From Candidatus Marinacidobacterales bacterium (lineage in GTDB: Bacteria > Acidobacteriota > Vicinamibacteria > Marinacidobacterales > SMYC01), in contig CBDCYI010000011.1 in assembly GCA_965224085.1 (NCBI GenBank), forward strand, positions 1,504,001 through 1,568,000: a stretch of DNA of 64,000 bases, in the 5' to 3' direction. The notes beneath the pieces are model-generated. The model ran no database searches. It saw only the letters and a program-made list of their open reading frames with translations, and was not told the origin of the DNA. Below are positions 31,348 to 41,910 of the stretch, piece by piece; within the stretch, counting starts at the first letter, position 1, and each line of letters starts with the position of its first letter. A program made the translations under genes and the position numbers.

Positions 31348-32727
31348 CTACTCCGAGTCCGTGTCGGTCTTCGTCAGATCTTGACTATCGATCGTGATCC
31401 GGATCTGCGGGCTGAACATCTCGTCCCAGCTTTGCTCCGCCCAATAGACCGGAAGATGAGGTCCCGGGTTATAGGGGTTATAGAGCGAGTTGTCGTAATG
31501 CGCCGTCGCCGTGAGCTTGCTTCCCGCCGGAATGCGCAGCGCCTCGGTGAGCTCGTAGTAGAGCTGCCACTCGAAGCTATAAGCCGGCACGTTCAAGATC
31601 ATTTCGTCGCGGCCGTCGGGGTAGGTCACGACGTACTTCATGTCCTTCCCGCGCAGATGCATGTGCGGCGACATGCCGTAGAGCGTGATGTCTTCCGGAA
31701 TCGGCTGCACCTGAACGATCTTCCAGTTATCCACATAAGGCGGGATGTTCGGAATGCGACCGCGCCGCCACTGCCCGTCTATGAGCTCCGGCGGAATCTC
31801 TTTGCCCTCGACGATATAGGTCTCCATTCGCGCCGAGCTGCGATTCAAGATCTCGTGCGTCACCGGCTTCGAGTTGAACCAGACGCCGAGCTCGGTCCGA
31901 TCGGTCATCGGCCGGCCGTTCGATTGGTAGTGCATGTTCCAGCGGATGTACTTTCCGGCGGGCACGCGTTTGCCCGTACCCGGGCGATGGCGCTCGAGTC
32001 CGCGGCCGGGAACGTAGGAGATGAGCTTGGACGTGCCGGCGAGCGAGAAGACGCTCTGCTCGACGCGCGGAGCCGTCTCTGCCGTCGATTCCTTCGAACC
32101 GTCCGGCAAAACGAGCCGTCCGTCCACGATCTGGGCGCCTTCCGGGATATCAACGATGTAGGCCCCCGCGTGATGAAGAATGCCCTGGCTGCTCGGCCGG
32201 AACTCCAGTATCTCAACGAACCGATCCTCCTCGAACGGGACCTTCGAGTAGAAGTTGACGACGTCGAGCTCGCCCTCCGCCGGTATCTGGAACTCGATGG
32301 GTAGCTCGAAGACGTAATCCGGTTCGCCGTGCGTCCACCTCGGATCGGAAGCGAATGCCGGAAGCTCCGGCGTGTTCGCATCGTTTCCCTTGGGCGCTCC
32401 GGCCTCGACCCAGGCGACGATCGTGTCGATGTCCTCCTGAGAGAGGCTCGGATTCGTGGCGAACTCCAAGCTCGAGGCGGGATCGGCGCGCCACGGCGGC
32501 ATGTCGCGCGAGACGACCGACCGCTCGATGGCCGCCGCCCATGGACGCACTTCGCCGTAGCTCACCAGCGACATGGGGGCGATCTGCCCCGGCCGGTGAC
32601 AAGTGACGCAATTGTCATAGAGAATCGGCGCCACGTTCTTGCTGAACGTGGGTGCGGTCTCGGCGCCGATGAGGGAGGCCGTCGCGAAGAAAACGACCAG
32701 AAAAAAGAGCGAGAGCCGGCTGACCAT
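31348..32727 (-). CDS. secreted c-type heme / type-2 copper monooxygenase-like protein
   Basis: NCVTCH (CxxCH), ILHHAG, MHY, PHMHLRGK, WDEM; AAGGAG RBS. Confidence 0.8.
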   Translation of the reverse strand: MVSRLSLFFLVVFFATASLIGAETAPTFSKNVAPILYDNCVTCHRPGQIAPMSLVSYGEVRPWAAAIERSVVSRDMPPWRADPASSLEFATNPSLSQEDIDTIVAWVEAGAPKGNDANTPELPAFASDPRWTHGEPDYVFELPIEFQIPAEGELDVVNFYSKVPFEEDRFVEILEFRPSSQGILHHAGAYIVDIPEGAQIVDGRLVLPDGSKESTAETAPRVEQSVFSLAGTSKLISYVPGRGLERHRPGTGKRVPAGKYIRWNMHYQSNGRPMTDRTELGVWFNSKPVTHEILNRSSARMETYIVEGKEIPPELIDGQWRRGRIPNIPPYVDNWKIVQVQPIPEDITLYGMSPHMHLRGKDMKYVVTYPDGRDEMILNVPAYSFEWQLYYELTEALRIPAGSKLTATAHYDNSLYNPYNPGPHLPVYWAEQSWDEMFSPQIRITIDSQDLTKTDTDSE

Positions 32728-32781
32728 AGCGAGTCTCCTTTACCTGGATTCGGTTACGCTAACCCCCAACGTGGAGCTTCG

Positions 32782-33141
32782 TCAAGTGCCTGCGCACTCG
32801 GCCGCCATGTGGCGAACCGACGTGATATTCACCCGGCTGTCCGGGCGTGCCTCGATGAGGAGCCCCTTGACTTGTACTTTGTGCCCCTCGTGTTTAGGCA
32901 GGTCGAACGCTTCCACACCGATGAGGTGGAATCGGTTTTCCCCTAGTTTCTCGATGGCGTCTGCAGCCGCCTCTTCTTCCGGAGTCAGAGGGGAGATTTC
33001 CGTCGCCACCGGCTCTGGGGCATGCGTCAGGATCCACGTGCCCCCCTCCCGGCTCAAGCAGCCTATGGTGTGGACGGCGCCTACGGGCTCGTAGTGGCTA
33101 GTTGCAGCGAGAGCACAAAACACGGCGAGCATACGGACCAT
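32782..33141 (-). CDS. small secreted hypothetical protein
   Basis: GGAGG RBS; TIGCL...HEGHKVQVKG...C pattern. Confidence 0.65.
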   Translation of the reverse strand: MVRMLAVFCALAATSHYEPVGAVHTIGCLSREGGTWILTHAPEPVATEISPLTPEEEAAADAIEKLGENRFHLIGVEAFDLPKHEGHKVQVKGLLIEARPDSRVNITSVRHMAAECAGT

Positions 33142-33229
33142 GGGATCCTCCCTTCGTCGCGTGGCAGAGTAGCACAGCGTGCACCGTCGTGGGATAGTGC
33201 TGCTTGCGTATCGCGGAGCTCGCGGTCCG

Positions 33230-34516
33230 CTAGTCGACGACCAGGGTCGTCGACCACGCGATGGGAACATCGCCCAAAGCATATTCTTGGTGATCGTTGG
33301 TATTGAGTGAGACGCGAAGCTCATGCTCACCGCGAGGCAGCCACGGGATGTGTCCCCACGAGCCATACCAGCGAGCGATCTTGACACCGTCGATCTCGAG
33401 ATGCACGTGCCCCTCTCCCATCACGTGCGAAGCTCCTGTCCGCTCGGGGGTAAATCGAAACTTTTGGATGTGAAGTTCCGCGTTCCAACCCGATTCCGAA
33501 TCGGGTAGGAGCGCGACATCGATCGCGGGGTGGTTCTCTTCCGAGGAAACGTCCAGCTTCAAGTGACCGTGGGGCATCGACCCTTCGGAGCTTTCGTAGA
33601 GCTCCCGCGCCACGACCGTATAAGGGAAGATGAGGATGCCGAGGAGCAGCGCGAAGTTGATCGCTCCAAAAGCGACGCGTAGAGGCAGTCGACGATTAAA
33701 CGCGATCGGTGGTCGGTACACCTCTCCCGTGCCTCGTATGACGAAGACGATGAGCGCGCCGTGCAACAGCGTATGTCCGATCACTTCCGTTTTCCCGAGA
33801 ACGAGCGTCGTGAGCAAAAAGACGATCGTGATGGTCAGCGCGAGCGGTCGTCCCAAGACGCCGAGGATCAACAGATAGCCCAACGAAAATTCTACAAAGG
33901 CCGTCCCGAGGAGAAAGAACTCTAAGGGAACCCCAAAGCCAGCTGCGGATGCTCGTCGAGCAGCACGAGGCCCCACTGCGGGAAGATGATCTTTTCAAGC
34001 GCCACCCAGCAGAGCGAAAAGCCGATGGAAGCGTACAGCACGGGAAGGCCGGCCGCTCTAGAACGTTCACGAGCCATACTCACCGCAAGAAAAACGCCGA
34101 TACCGGGATAGTGCATGTAGTCGAGCATGTGGAAGAGACCGAAGCGCTGGATGGCGTAGAGATAGAGAACGATCATCCCCACCCCAGCGCTCGGAGTCGT
34201 TTTCTGAAATAGAAGGAGCGACGCGAGCGCGAACTGTAGCCAGCCGACCCAGGCCGAGCCGATTGGGAACTCGGGAACGAGCATCGCATCGCCCATCGTG
34301 CTGCATTCGGGTATCGAGCAACACGAGAGCCCCGATGGTGACCATACTCAGCAAAGTGAGTGCAAAGAAGGTCGGTGTCAACGCTTCATCAAGAGACAAG
34401 GGCATCGCATCGAACCTCGTCTCGACGAACCACTTCACGTGTCCAAGCGCTCGCTCCGCCGTTACAGCAAGCACGGCAGGTAGGACAAGGCAAAGCCACA
34501 ATCCGCGTCTGGTCAT
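33230..34516 (-). pseudogene. polytopic membrane protein with C-terminal His-rich metal-binding-like domain, broken into three frames
   Basis: ORFs 34067-34516, 33922-34296 and 33230-33976 carry consecutive parts (HVKWF; WVALEK; EVIGH; GEGHVHLEIDG...NDH); breaks near 34297 and 33925. Confidence 0.7.
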
Positions 34517-34705
34517 CGTGGCGAATTATAAAGCGGCGCGTTCTTAATCGAGAAGCGAAGATTTACTTTTCGGTTTCCGCGCTCCCGAGTTCTACCCAAG
34601 GCGCTTCGCCGACCGTGGGTGCACTCACGATCTACGGCACGGCTCCCCGAGATCGTTGAACATATTCCGCCTTCACAACGTATCATGTCGATCGAGGGGC
34701 AAGCT

Positions 34706-35680
34706 ATGCTCGGTCTTCTTCAAGATATCCGGTTCGGGCTCCGGCAACTCGTTCACAGGCCCGGGTGGGCGCTGGTTATCATCTTCGTTCTCGCGATTGG
34801 GATCGGGGCCAATACCTCGATGTTCTCCGGGTTCGACGCGTGGGTGCTGCGCCCACTGGACTTCGAAGACCCCGAGCGCCTCGTCGCTCTTCACGAGAGT
34901 CAGCCCAAGCTCGACCGGCACCGCGGCAGCCTGTCGCCACGAAATCTGGGCGACTGGGCGGACGCCCAACAGTCCTTCGTATCGATCGAGCCGTTTCGCC
35001 GGCACCGATACAACTTGAGCGACGACGACGAGGTCCGGCTCGAGGGCGCGCGCATCTCGGCCAGTCTGTTTCCCCTTCTGGGGAAGCACCCGATCCTGGG
35101 ACGCACGTTCACCCGGAGTGAAGACGGGCCGGGCCAGCCGGGCGCAGTGGCTCTGATCGCGCATCGGATCTGGCGCGAGCGCTACGGCGCCGACCCGAAC
35201 GTCATCGGCCGCGTCGTACGGCTCGATGGCCGTCTCCACGAGGTTGTGGGCGTGATGGAGCCGGGCTTCGAGTTTCCCGAATGGGCGGAAGTCTGGACAC
35301 CGTTCGGCCTCGATGTTCACAGCGACGAGCGTGGCTACCGTTTTGTGAGCGCCTTCGCCCGCCTCAAAGACGGTGTGAGCCTTGAGGCCGCGCGCTCCGA
35401 TTTGCAAGCCATCGCGGCGCGTCTGGAAGACAAATATCCGGAAGAGAACGCCGGATACAGCGCGAACGTTTTGTCACTCCGCGAAGAGTTCGTTCCTCCG
35501 GTGATCCGGATCGCGATCACCGCCTCTCTCGCCTCGAGTCTCTTCGTCCTCCTTATCATATGCGCCAACGTGGCGAGCCTCATGCTCGCAAGGGCCTCGG
35601 CTCGCGGGCGCGAAAGCGCCCTCAGGACCGCGCTCGGAGCCAGCCGGTGGCATCTGATCCGGCACAACCTCGTCGAGGGG
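34706..35680 (+). pseudogene. ADOP/MacB-type ABC permease, N-terminal part
   Basis: QDIRFGLRQL, LAIGIGANT, LIICANVASLMLARA, RTALGASR; similarity stops at NLVEG. Confidence 0.85.
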
Positions 35681-37688
35681 ACAAGAGTCCTTCAATGCTC
35701 TGGCGGCGGACCGCCTGGCGGTAGCCGCTCGTGAATAGCGGCAAGGACAAGTCGACCCCGAGCGCCCAATTGGTGTCGTTGGGAGGCGTGAAGTCGAAAT
35801 CGGGGAAGATCTCTCCGAGGGATTGAAAGGCGCCGAGGCCGCCGGCGCCGCCGCGGAACTGCTGCTCGACATTGGCACGGAAGACGATATCGGGGAGGTA
35901 GAAAGCGCGATCGGCCCCGGCCACGCTTCGCTGCTCTGCGCGGATCGCCGCATCGATCGCCATGAGCGCGGGCGACTGCGCGAGTGCTATCGCGGACATT
36001 GCGTCGCGCGTGTCTCGGAAATATTGCCGACTCGAGATGTAAGGATAAAACTGCGCGCGCACATACATGAAGGTGGGATCGTCGACGCCGACTTCTTCGG
36101 GCGCGAACGGCTCTTCGAGCGGCCGATGCAAAAAGCGGTTGAGCGCGATCTCGGCGACGTTGCGGTTGGCCGACGCGCGGATGACACCGGCTTGATCCGC
36201 CGCGAGCTGCGCTTCCCAGCGATAGACCTCGGCGCGGCCGGAAGCGCCAATCGCTTCTCGGACTTTCGAAAGCTCGAGGTTCGACCGGGTCAGCCCGAGA
36301 TTGTCTCTCTGGATTCGTTCGCTCGTGAGCGCGCGCATGACATCGAGATAGGTCGTCGTGGCCCGCTGCACGATGTCGAGCCGAAGACCGTCGCGGTCGT
36401 GCTCTAGAGCTTGTTGGACGTCTTCTTGGATCGTCTTGTTCGCCCAGGCCGGGTCCGAGTAGATGAGCTGCGTCAACGTCAAACCCGGCGCGAGAAGATA
36501 CTGAGCTTGCCCGCTGGCGACGGCGCGGTCCGCGTCGATGGCTTGACCGGCGACACCGAGGCTGAGCTGGGGCAAGAGATTCGATTTCGCGATAGGGATG
36601 TTCTGAGCACCCGCGGCAACTTCACGGTCGGCCGCCGTCAAGTCACGGTTCAACGCCTCGGCCTCCTCCGCGACTTGCGAAACACTCAGCCGGCGGCCTC
36701 GTTCCTCGCGCTCCTCTTGAATGAGCTCGGCCACGGTCTCGAGCGCGAAGCTAGGAAAAACGTTGATTCTGCGGGCCGTCGCCATGTTGATGACGAGCTC
36801 TTCCCGCATGACGAAGTCCACGCCGAACGTCGCCGGGTCTTCGCCGAGAAGCGCGCGCTGCACGTTCAAAGCGACGCGGCGTGCGCGGCGCTCGAACACG
36901 TCCTCGGTGAGGCTCATCAAAAGACCGCGCTCGACTTCACTCCGGCCGAGGCGAGAAAAACTCGGGAGGCGCCTTTCGACGAGACCTTCCGCAAGCTTCT
37001 CGAGCTCGCCATCGATAAGCTGCAACAAAGCGTTGACATAGACGGCCTCGGCATCTTCGGGGATGCGGGACAGGGCTTCGTCCGCGCGCCAGCGAATCTC
37101 GATGAGGGTCAGCTCGACATCGATCTCAGAGACCACTTCTTCGAGCCGTCGTCTGACGCCGGGAATTTCGTTGAGCGCGGGTCCGTGAAGAAGCACGAGC
37201 CTCTCGAAGGGCCTCAGGTTCTGAAAGACTTGAAGCTCCCGCCGGAGCGTGATGGACGAGGACAAGTAATTCAGGTTCCGAACGCCGCTGCCGCGCCCCT
37301 CGCGCGGCGTCCCTTGGATCTCGGCATCGATGATGACGGGTGCTATGAGAGGCTTCGGAATGTCGCGAAGCCGCACGGCGCGATCGGAAGCGATGATCCC
37401 CATCGCGAGCACGACGTCGACCTCCGGATCGCCGAGGAGGCGCCCGAGGGACGTCTCGACGGTGTCGACGCTCCAATCCCCCACGATGCGTATCTCGTCC
37501 GGGAAGCGTAGGTCGAACTCGCCTCGCATGAGCTCGATGAGCTCGCGCTGAAAGATACGCTCGATCTCGGCGTTTCTTTCCCACGGCCCGTCAATAACGA
37601 CCCCGATGCGGATGACCGGGGCTTGCGCAGCCGATACCGGCGACGCCGCAAAGGCGACCCAGGCTAAAAAGTAAAGAAGGCGCTTCAT
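35678..37688 (-). pseudogene. TolC-family protein with N-terminal substrate-binding-like domain, 3'-truncated
   Basis: Signal peptide, LVINMATARRIN, TolC repeats (LLPQLSL, YLPDIVF, WALGVDLSLPLF); ends inside the second repeat. Confidence 0.8.
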
Positions 37689-38000
37689 CGGCTCTCCGCA
37701 GATTCGCGCTCAATGCGTCGGAAAATAGACGACTCCGGATTCTCCCGCTCGATACCGGCGATCGGGTAGCGGGAGTCGCCCCTCCGGAGATAGACGGTAG
37801 CGGTTCGGCTCAAGTGAGGGCGCTCATCGTTGAGTGTTTCGATGTCGGCGCGGAGAAACTCACCCCGACTCTGCCGCTGCTCGCGTGGCTTCATACGGAG
37901 CTCGAGGGCCTCCCCTTTCTCGCATCTTAGCTGTTGCCGAATCTCTTGGCGATTCGTCGGCGGGGGCCTCCCCTGGCTCTCTTCTTGCACCGAGGCGGGA
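37685..38000 (-). pseudogene. 3' fragment of a hypothetical gene coupled to tolC
   Basis: TVYLRRGDSRYPIAGIERE C-terminus; ATGA overlap with tolC; no start. Confidence 0.45.
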
Positions 38001-38003
38001 TCC

Positions 38004-38274
38004 GGGATCCGCCTGGCGCTGGGCGGCCAAACCCGAGACATCTTGGGGGATGGTCCTACGTCGCGGACTGACGCTCGCTCTGGCCGGAGCCGGTATAGGG
38101 CTAATCGGATCCGTCGCCCTGACCCGTCTGCTGCAGGGGATGCTCTTCGACGTCGATCCCTTTGATCCTCTCACGTTCGCAGCGCTTTCGGTGTTGGTCA
38201 TCGGCGTGGCCGTTCTAGCGGCGTTCCTGCCAGCGACACGGGTGGATCCGATGCGGGCGTTACGGATGGAGTAA
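38004..38274 (+). pseudogene. ADOP/MacB-type ABC permease, C-terminal fragment
   Basis: GIRLALGG...(frameshift in a G-run)...LFDVDPFDPLTF...LPATRVDPMRALRME. Confidence 0.85.
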
Positions 38275-38362
38275 GCGCGAACCCAAGTGTTCCAGAGTTC
38301 GAGCTTGTGAAGCGCGTCCGTCATCACGCCGGGCGGCCGTAACTCGTGATAGCCGACGGAGA

Positions 38363-39796
38363 TCATGGGCGCCCGTACTGGAAGAGGTTGCGCTCTTTGA
38401 TCAGCGCGGCGACTCTATCCGGAACGAGGCGTTCCCACCCGGCCTCGTTTGCCTGAATCATCGCGAACACATCCTTCGGGAAGACCGAAGTGCGCTCACT
38501 TTCGACAACATCGAGGCCTTCGATAAAATGGTTTTCTACGAGGTAGGCGTATAAATGGTGCAAGTTTGGCTCGACGTGCATGTTTTCTGCCGTCACAAGC
38601 TCACCGGAGACCGGATCCATGATGGGATAGACGTAGAGCCGCAAATCGTTCTTGAACAAGCGACCGAATGCTTCGAGGATACCTCCCTCCAGGTCGGTGT
38701 AGAACCCCTCCTTGAAAAGCTCTTGAAGTGTCGGAAGGCCCATCACCTCGCCGATCTTTCGCTTCGTATGCTGGAACAGGTAGGAGGCTAAACGAAAGTC
38801 GCGAAAAGCATTCGTAATGAGCACGTTCAGCCCGAGTGTCGCTAACGTGTCCACACGATCGAGGAAATCTTCGTGACTGATTTCCTCACCCACGCTCAAG
38901 CCGTGGAGCGTCATCTCCGCCATGATTACGAGGTCATCTTCGTCGACGTCGTGCTCCGCGAGAAATCGAGTCCGCGCGCTTTGCATGAGCTCCATCATCG
39001 TATTCGTGACCGGACGGAAGCTGCCGCGGACGATGAGGAGCGGTCTTCGATAAATGAGCTCTCCGGCGTCGACGACTTCACCGTCGGAGCGAAACATCGT
39101 CGCTGCCGTCACGCCCCGTGCGACGAGCTCCAGAGCCAGAAGGCGGTGGTCCACGCCGTCGAACGCGGGACCCGTGCAACGCATCAGATTCACTTCGATA
39201 CGTTCCATCGACAGGCCATCGAGGAGCGAGTCGATCAGCGCCTCACGGTCGGCCGAACGATGGAACCCTCCGTGGATCAAGTTCACACCGAGGATACCGA
39301 TCGCCTCCTGCTGCTGGACGTTTTCGGCATCCAACATGCGCACGTGAATAATGATGTCCGACGGCGCGGCGCCCGGCGCGTGCTGAAATCGGAGACCCAT
39401 CCAGCCATGCGTCTCGTCGCTGCGCCGCATGTAGCTCCGCGCGGCCACGGTGTTCGCGAACACGAAGAACTGCGCAGCCGAGCCGCGTTGCTCGGCCAGG
39501 CGCTCCTCGAGTAGACCGTACTCATAGCCAAGCATCGTCAGCACGCGCTCCCGGCTGACGTAGCGTGTCGAGGCGCCATAGATGGCGTCGCTCACCGCCA
39601 TGTCGTAGGCAGACATGGACTTCGCGATCGTTCCCGCAGCACCCCCCACGCGAAAAAACCAGCGCGCTACCTCCTGTCCTGCGCCGATCTCGGCGATCGT
39701 GCCGTATCTGTTCGGTTCCATGTTCAGGCTGAACGCCTTCTGATGGGTATCCAGCTTGTCTTTTCTTGTGGGTCGTCCAGATGCTCCAGGCTCCAT
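38363..39796 (-). CDS. conserved protein with C-terminal nucleotidyltransferase-like domain
   Basis: YGTIAEIGAGQEVARWFFRVGGAAGTIAKSMSAYDM, RGSFRPVT, LEGGILE; function uncertain. Confidence 0.7.
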   Translation of the reverse strand: MEPGASGRPTRKDKLDTHQKAFSLNMEPNRYGTIAEIGAGQEVARWFFRVGGAAGTIAKSMSAYDMAVSDAIYGASTRYVSRERVLTMLGYEYGLLEERLAEQRGSAAQFFVFANTVAARSYMRRSDETHGWMGLRFQHAPGAAPSDIIIHVRMLDAENVQQQEAIGILGVNLIHGGFHRSADREALIDSLLDGLSMERIEVNLMRCTGPAFDGVDHRLLALELVARGVTAATMFRSDGEVVDAGELIYRRPLLIVRGSFRPVTNTMMELMQSARTRFLAEHDVDEDDLVIMAEMTLHGLSVGEEISHEDFLDRVDTLATLGLNVLITNAFRDFRLASYLFQHTKRKIGEVMGLPTLQELFKEGFYTDLEGGILEAFGRLFKNDLRLYVYPIMDPVSGELVTAENMHVEPNLHHLYAYLVENHFIEGLDVVESERTSVFPKDVFAMIQANEAGWERLVPDRVAALIKERNLFQYGRP

Positions 39797-39943
39797 GACG
39801 CGAAACTTATCATGCCAGGCGGCATCTGCTGGAACGCCGGGCGCTGGCTGGTGGCCCGAAATAGAGCTCAGCAGGCTAACCGTCGTGGACGCTCCGATTG
39901 CCGCGTTGTAGCCCTTGCGTAGAGACGACCGGAGCAAGGCACT

Positions 39944-41653
39944 TCACGGCTCTGGATACACGTTCTTCCAGTCCTCCTTCATGTCAACCACCGTCCAGCC
40001 GCGGTCCGACGCCTCATCCAGTCCCTTGTCCAGTTGTCCGACGGGGGACGTGCGATCGTAGGCCCACTCACGCTCCGCGTCTGTGTGGTGGACGTAGAGC
40101 ACGAGCCTGGCACCGTGGCCGGCCGCGGTCCACTGCAGCATCTGCAGGTCGCCGTCGGAGTTGCCGAAGGCGGCGATCGGCCGGCGCCCGATGTGTGAGT
40201 TGATGCCGACCGGCTTTCCTTCCTTGTCGTCGACGAAGTTCAGCTCCGGCAGCCTCACGAGAACCGGCCGGCCGTCGCGAATCTCGAATTTCGTCTTGAT
40301 GCTCGACCCCACCACCTGCTCGGGAGGAATCCCGTAGACGCGCTCGGTCCAAGGTCGCATGAACTCGATACCGCCACCGGAGACGATGTACGTTTTGAAG
40401 CCGTTGGCGCGAAGGTAGTCGAGCAACTCGAGCATCGGCTGAAAGATCATCTCGGAGAAGAGCCGTCTCGTTGTCGGATGCCTCGCTGTCGAGATCCAGT
40501 CCGTGACGATTGTCTTGAACTCTTCAGTCGTCATCCCGGCATGGGTGGTCATGACGAGCTCGGCTAGCCCATGCCTGCCGAGCTCCGCCAGAGCCTCCAT
40601 GTCTCCTTCGAGCACCGTCCTGTAGGGCTGTTCCGTCTTCCACTCCGGTGGCCCGCGGGGACTTTCGCCGCTCACAGCTGCTTTTTCAGGCTCAGCGGGC
40701 TCTAGAGCTCCATCCTCGGAGCTCGCCACCGCGTCGGCATCGCCCTTCGTTTTCCTGGTCAATTTTTCTAGAGCTTCGACGAGCTCGGCACCAGACCCAA
40801 AGCGCTTGTCGCGTTCTTTCTCGAGCGCGTGGTGGAGAATCGGCTTGAGCTCCATCGGCAGCCCGAGGCTCTGCCAGTTCAGGGGGAAAACGGGCTCGTC
40901 GTTGATGATGCTCAACAAGATGCCTGTGAGGCTCGGACTGCGGAACGGTTTTTCGCCGGCGACGAGCTCGAAGAGAATGCAACCGAGGGAAAACAGGTCG
41001 GATCGAGCGTCCACATCCTCGCCTTTGGCCTGCTCCGGCGACATATAGTCGGGAGCCCCGAGAACGCCGCCGGCCATCGTCAAGTTCGTCGAGAGCTCCG
41101 ATTTTGCAATCCCGAAATCGGCGACCCATACATTCAAGGAGGAGGACACCAAGATGTTCGACGGTTTGACGTCACGATGTACGACGTTGCGCTCGTGCGC
41201 ATAATCCAGAGCGCTCCCGAGCTGCGTCATGATCTGGATAGCGGTTGAAAGCGGAACCCGACCTTCCGATTCACTGAGCGACTCGAGTGTGCGTCCTTCG
41301 ATGAACTCCATGATGATGAAGCCGCGATCTGGAGTGGCGACAATATCGTGGATGGTGACGATGTTGGGGTGCTGGAGCCGAGCGACGATGCGCGCCTCTC
41401 GCACGAATCGCTCGCGGACCTCGTCCGGGGTCCGGTCTGCACCGGGCGTGTCGAGCCGAACGCATTTGATCGCGACCGGGCGTTCGAGAATCGTATCGAG
41501 CGCTTTGTAGACGGCGCCAATGGTGCCCGTCGAAAGACGCTCCACGATGTGATAGCGACCTCCAGGAATCTGGTCCTTGGCGTCCACACCATTCACGTCC
41601 GATGACGACGCCTGGCCTTTCGGCGCATGGGGGGTATCTGATGGATCGGCCAT
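39944..41653 (-). CDS. Ser/Thr protein kinase fused in frame to an N-terminally truncated HAD hydrolase
   Basis: VAIK, HRDVKPSN, DFG, YMSPEQ; after about 40650 PEWKTEQP, IVSGG, GNSDGD but no DxD motif I. Confidence 0.8.
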   Translation of the reverse strand: MADPSDTPHAPKGQASSSDVNGVDAKDQIPGGRYHIVERLSTGTIGAVYKALDTILERPVAIKCVRLDTPGADRTPDEVRERFVREARIVARLQHPNIVTIHDIVATPDRGFIIMEFIEGRTLESLSESEGRVPLSTAIQIMTQLGSALDYAHERNVVHRDVKPSNILVSSSLNVWVADFGIAKSELSTNLTMAGGVLGAPDYMSPEQAKGEDVDARSDLFSLGCILFELVAGEKPFRSPSLTGILLSIINDEPVFPLNWQSLGLPMELKPILHHALEKERDKRFGSGAELVEALEKLTRKTKGDADAVASSEDGALEPAEPEKAAVSGESPRGPPEWKTEQPYRTVLEGDMEALAELGRHGLAELVMTTHAGMTTEEFKTIVTDWISTARHPTTRRLFSEMIFQPMLELLDYLRANGFKTYIVSGGGIEFMRPWTERVYGIPPEQVVGSSIKTKFEIRDGRPVLVRLPELNFVDDKEGKPVGINSHIGRRPIAAFGNSDGDLQMLQWTAAGHGARLVLYVHHTDAEREWAYDRTSPVGQLDKGLDEASDRGWTVVDMKEDWKNVYPEP

Positions 41654-41666
41654 GCCCAATGCACAG

Positions 41667-41682
41667 GCAAGAACTGTGCCGA
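41667..41682 (-). promoter_or_regulatory. sigma54-type -24/-12 promoter
   Basis: Minus strand TCGGCAC-AGTTC-TTGC just upstream of ATG 41653. Confidence 0.5.
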
Positions 41683-41831
41683 ACTGCACAGCAAAGCTCA
41701 TCGACAGAGGGCTTTTGGATTCAGCTGGTTGCGCGAGCTAGAGCAAAGAAAGCGCGCAAAATCGATGGGAAAAACGTCTTACAGGATGGTGAAATCCCTA
41801 CGTCCGGTGTTGACTGGCAACCGACTTACCA

Positions 41832-41875
41832 ACAGGATGCATCGACGTACCAGACGGGATGCATCGACGCACCAA
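41832..41875. repeat. 22-bp tandem direct repeat with palindromic core GATGCATC
   Basis: ACAGGATGCATCGACGTACCAG / ACGGGATGCATCGACGCACCAA. Confidence 0.8.
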
Positions 41876-41910
41876 AATGTGAAGTTGTTCTCGCGCGCGC
41901 CCTTATTTGG

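Noticed and set aside
36411-37511. Long antisense ORFs (also 1651-2643, 24630-25565, 31381-32304, 52542-53432)
   Set aside because: Expected shadows of real genes in high-GC DNA
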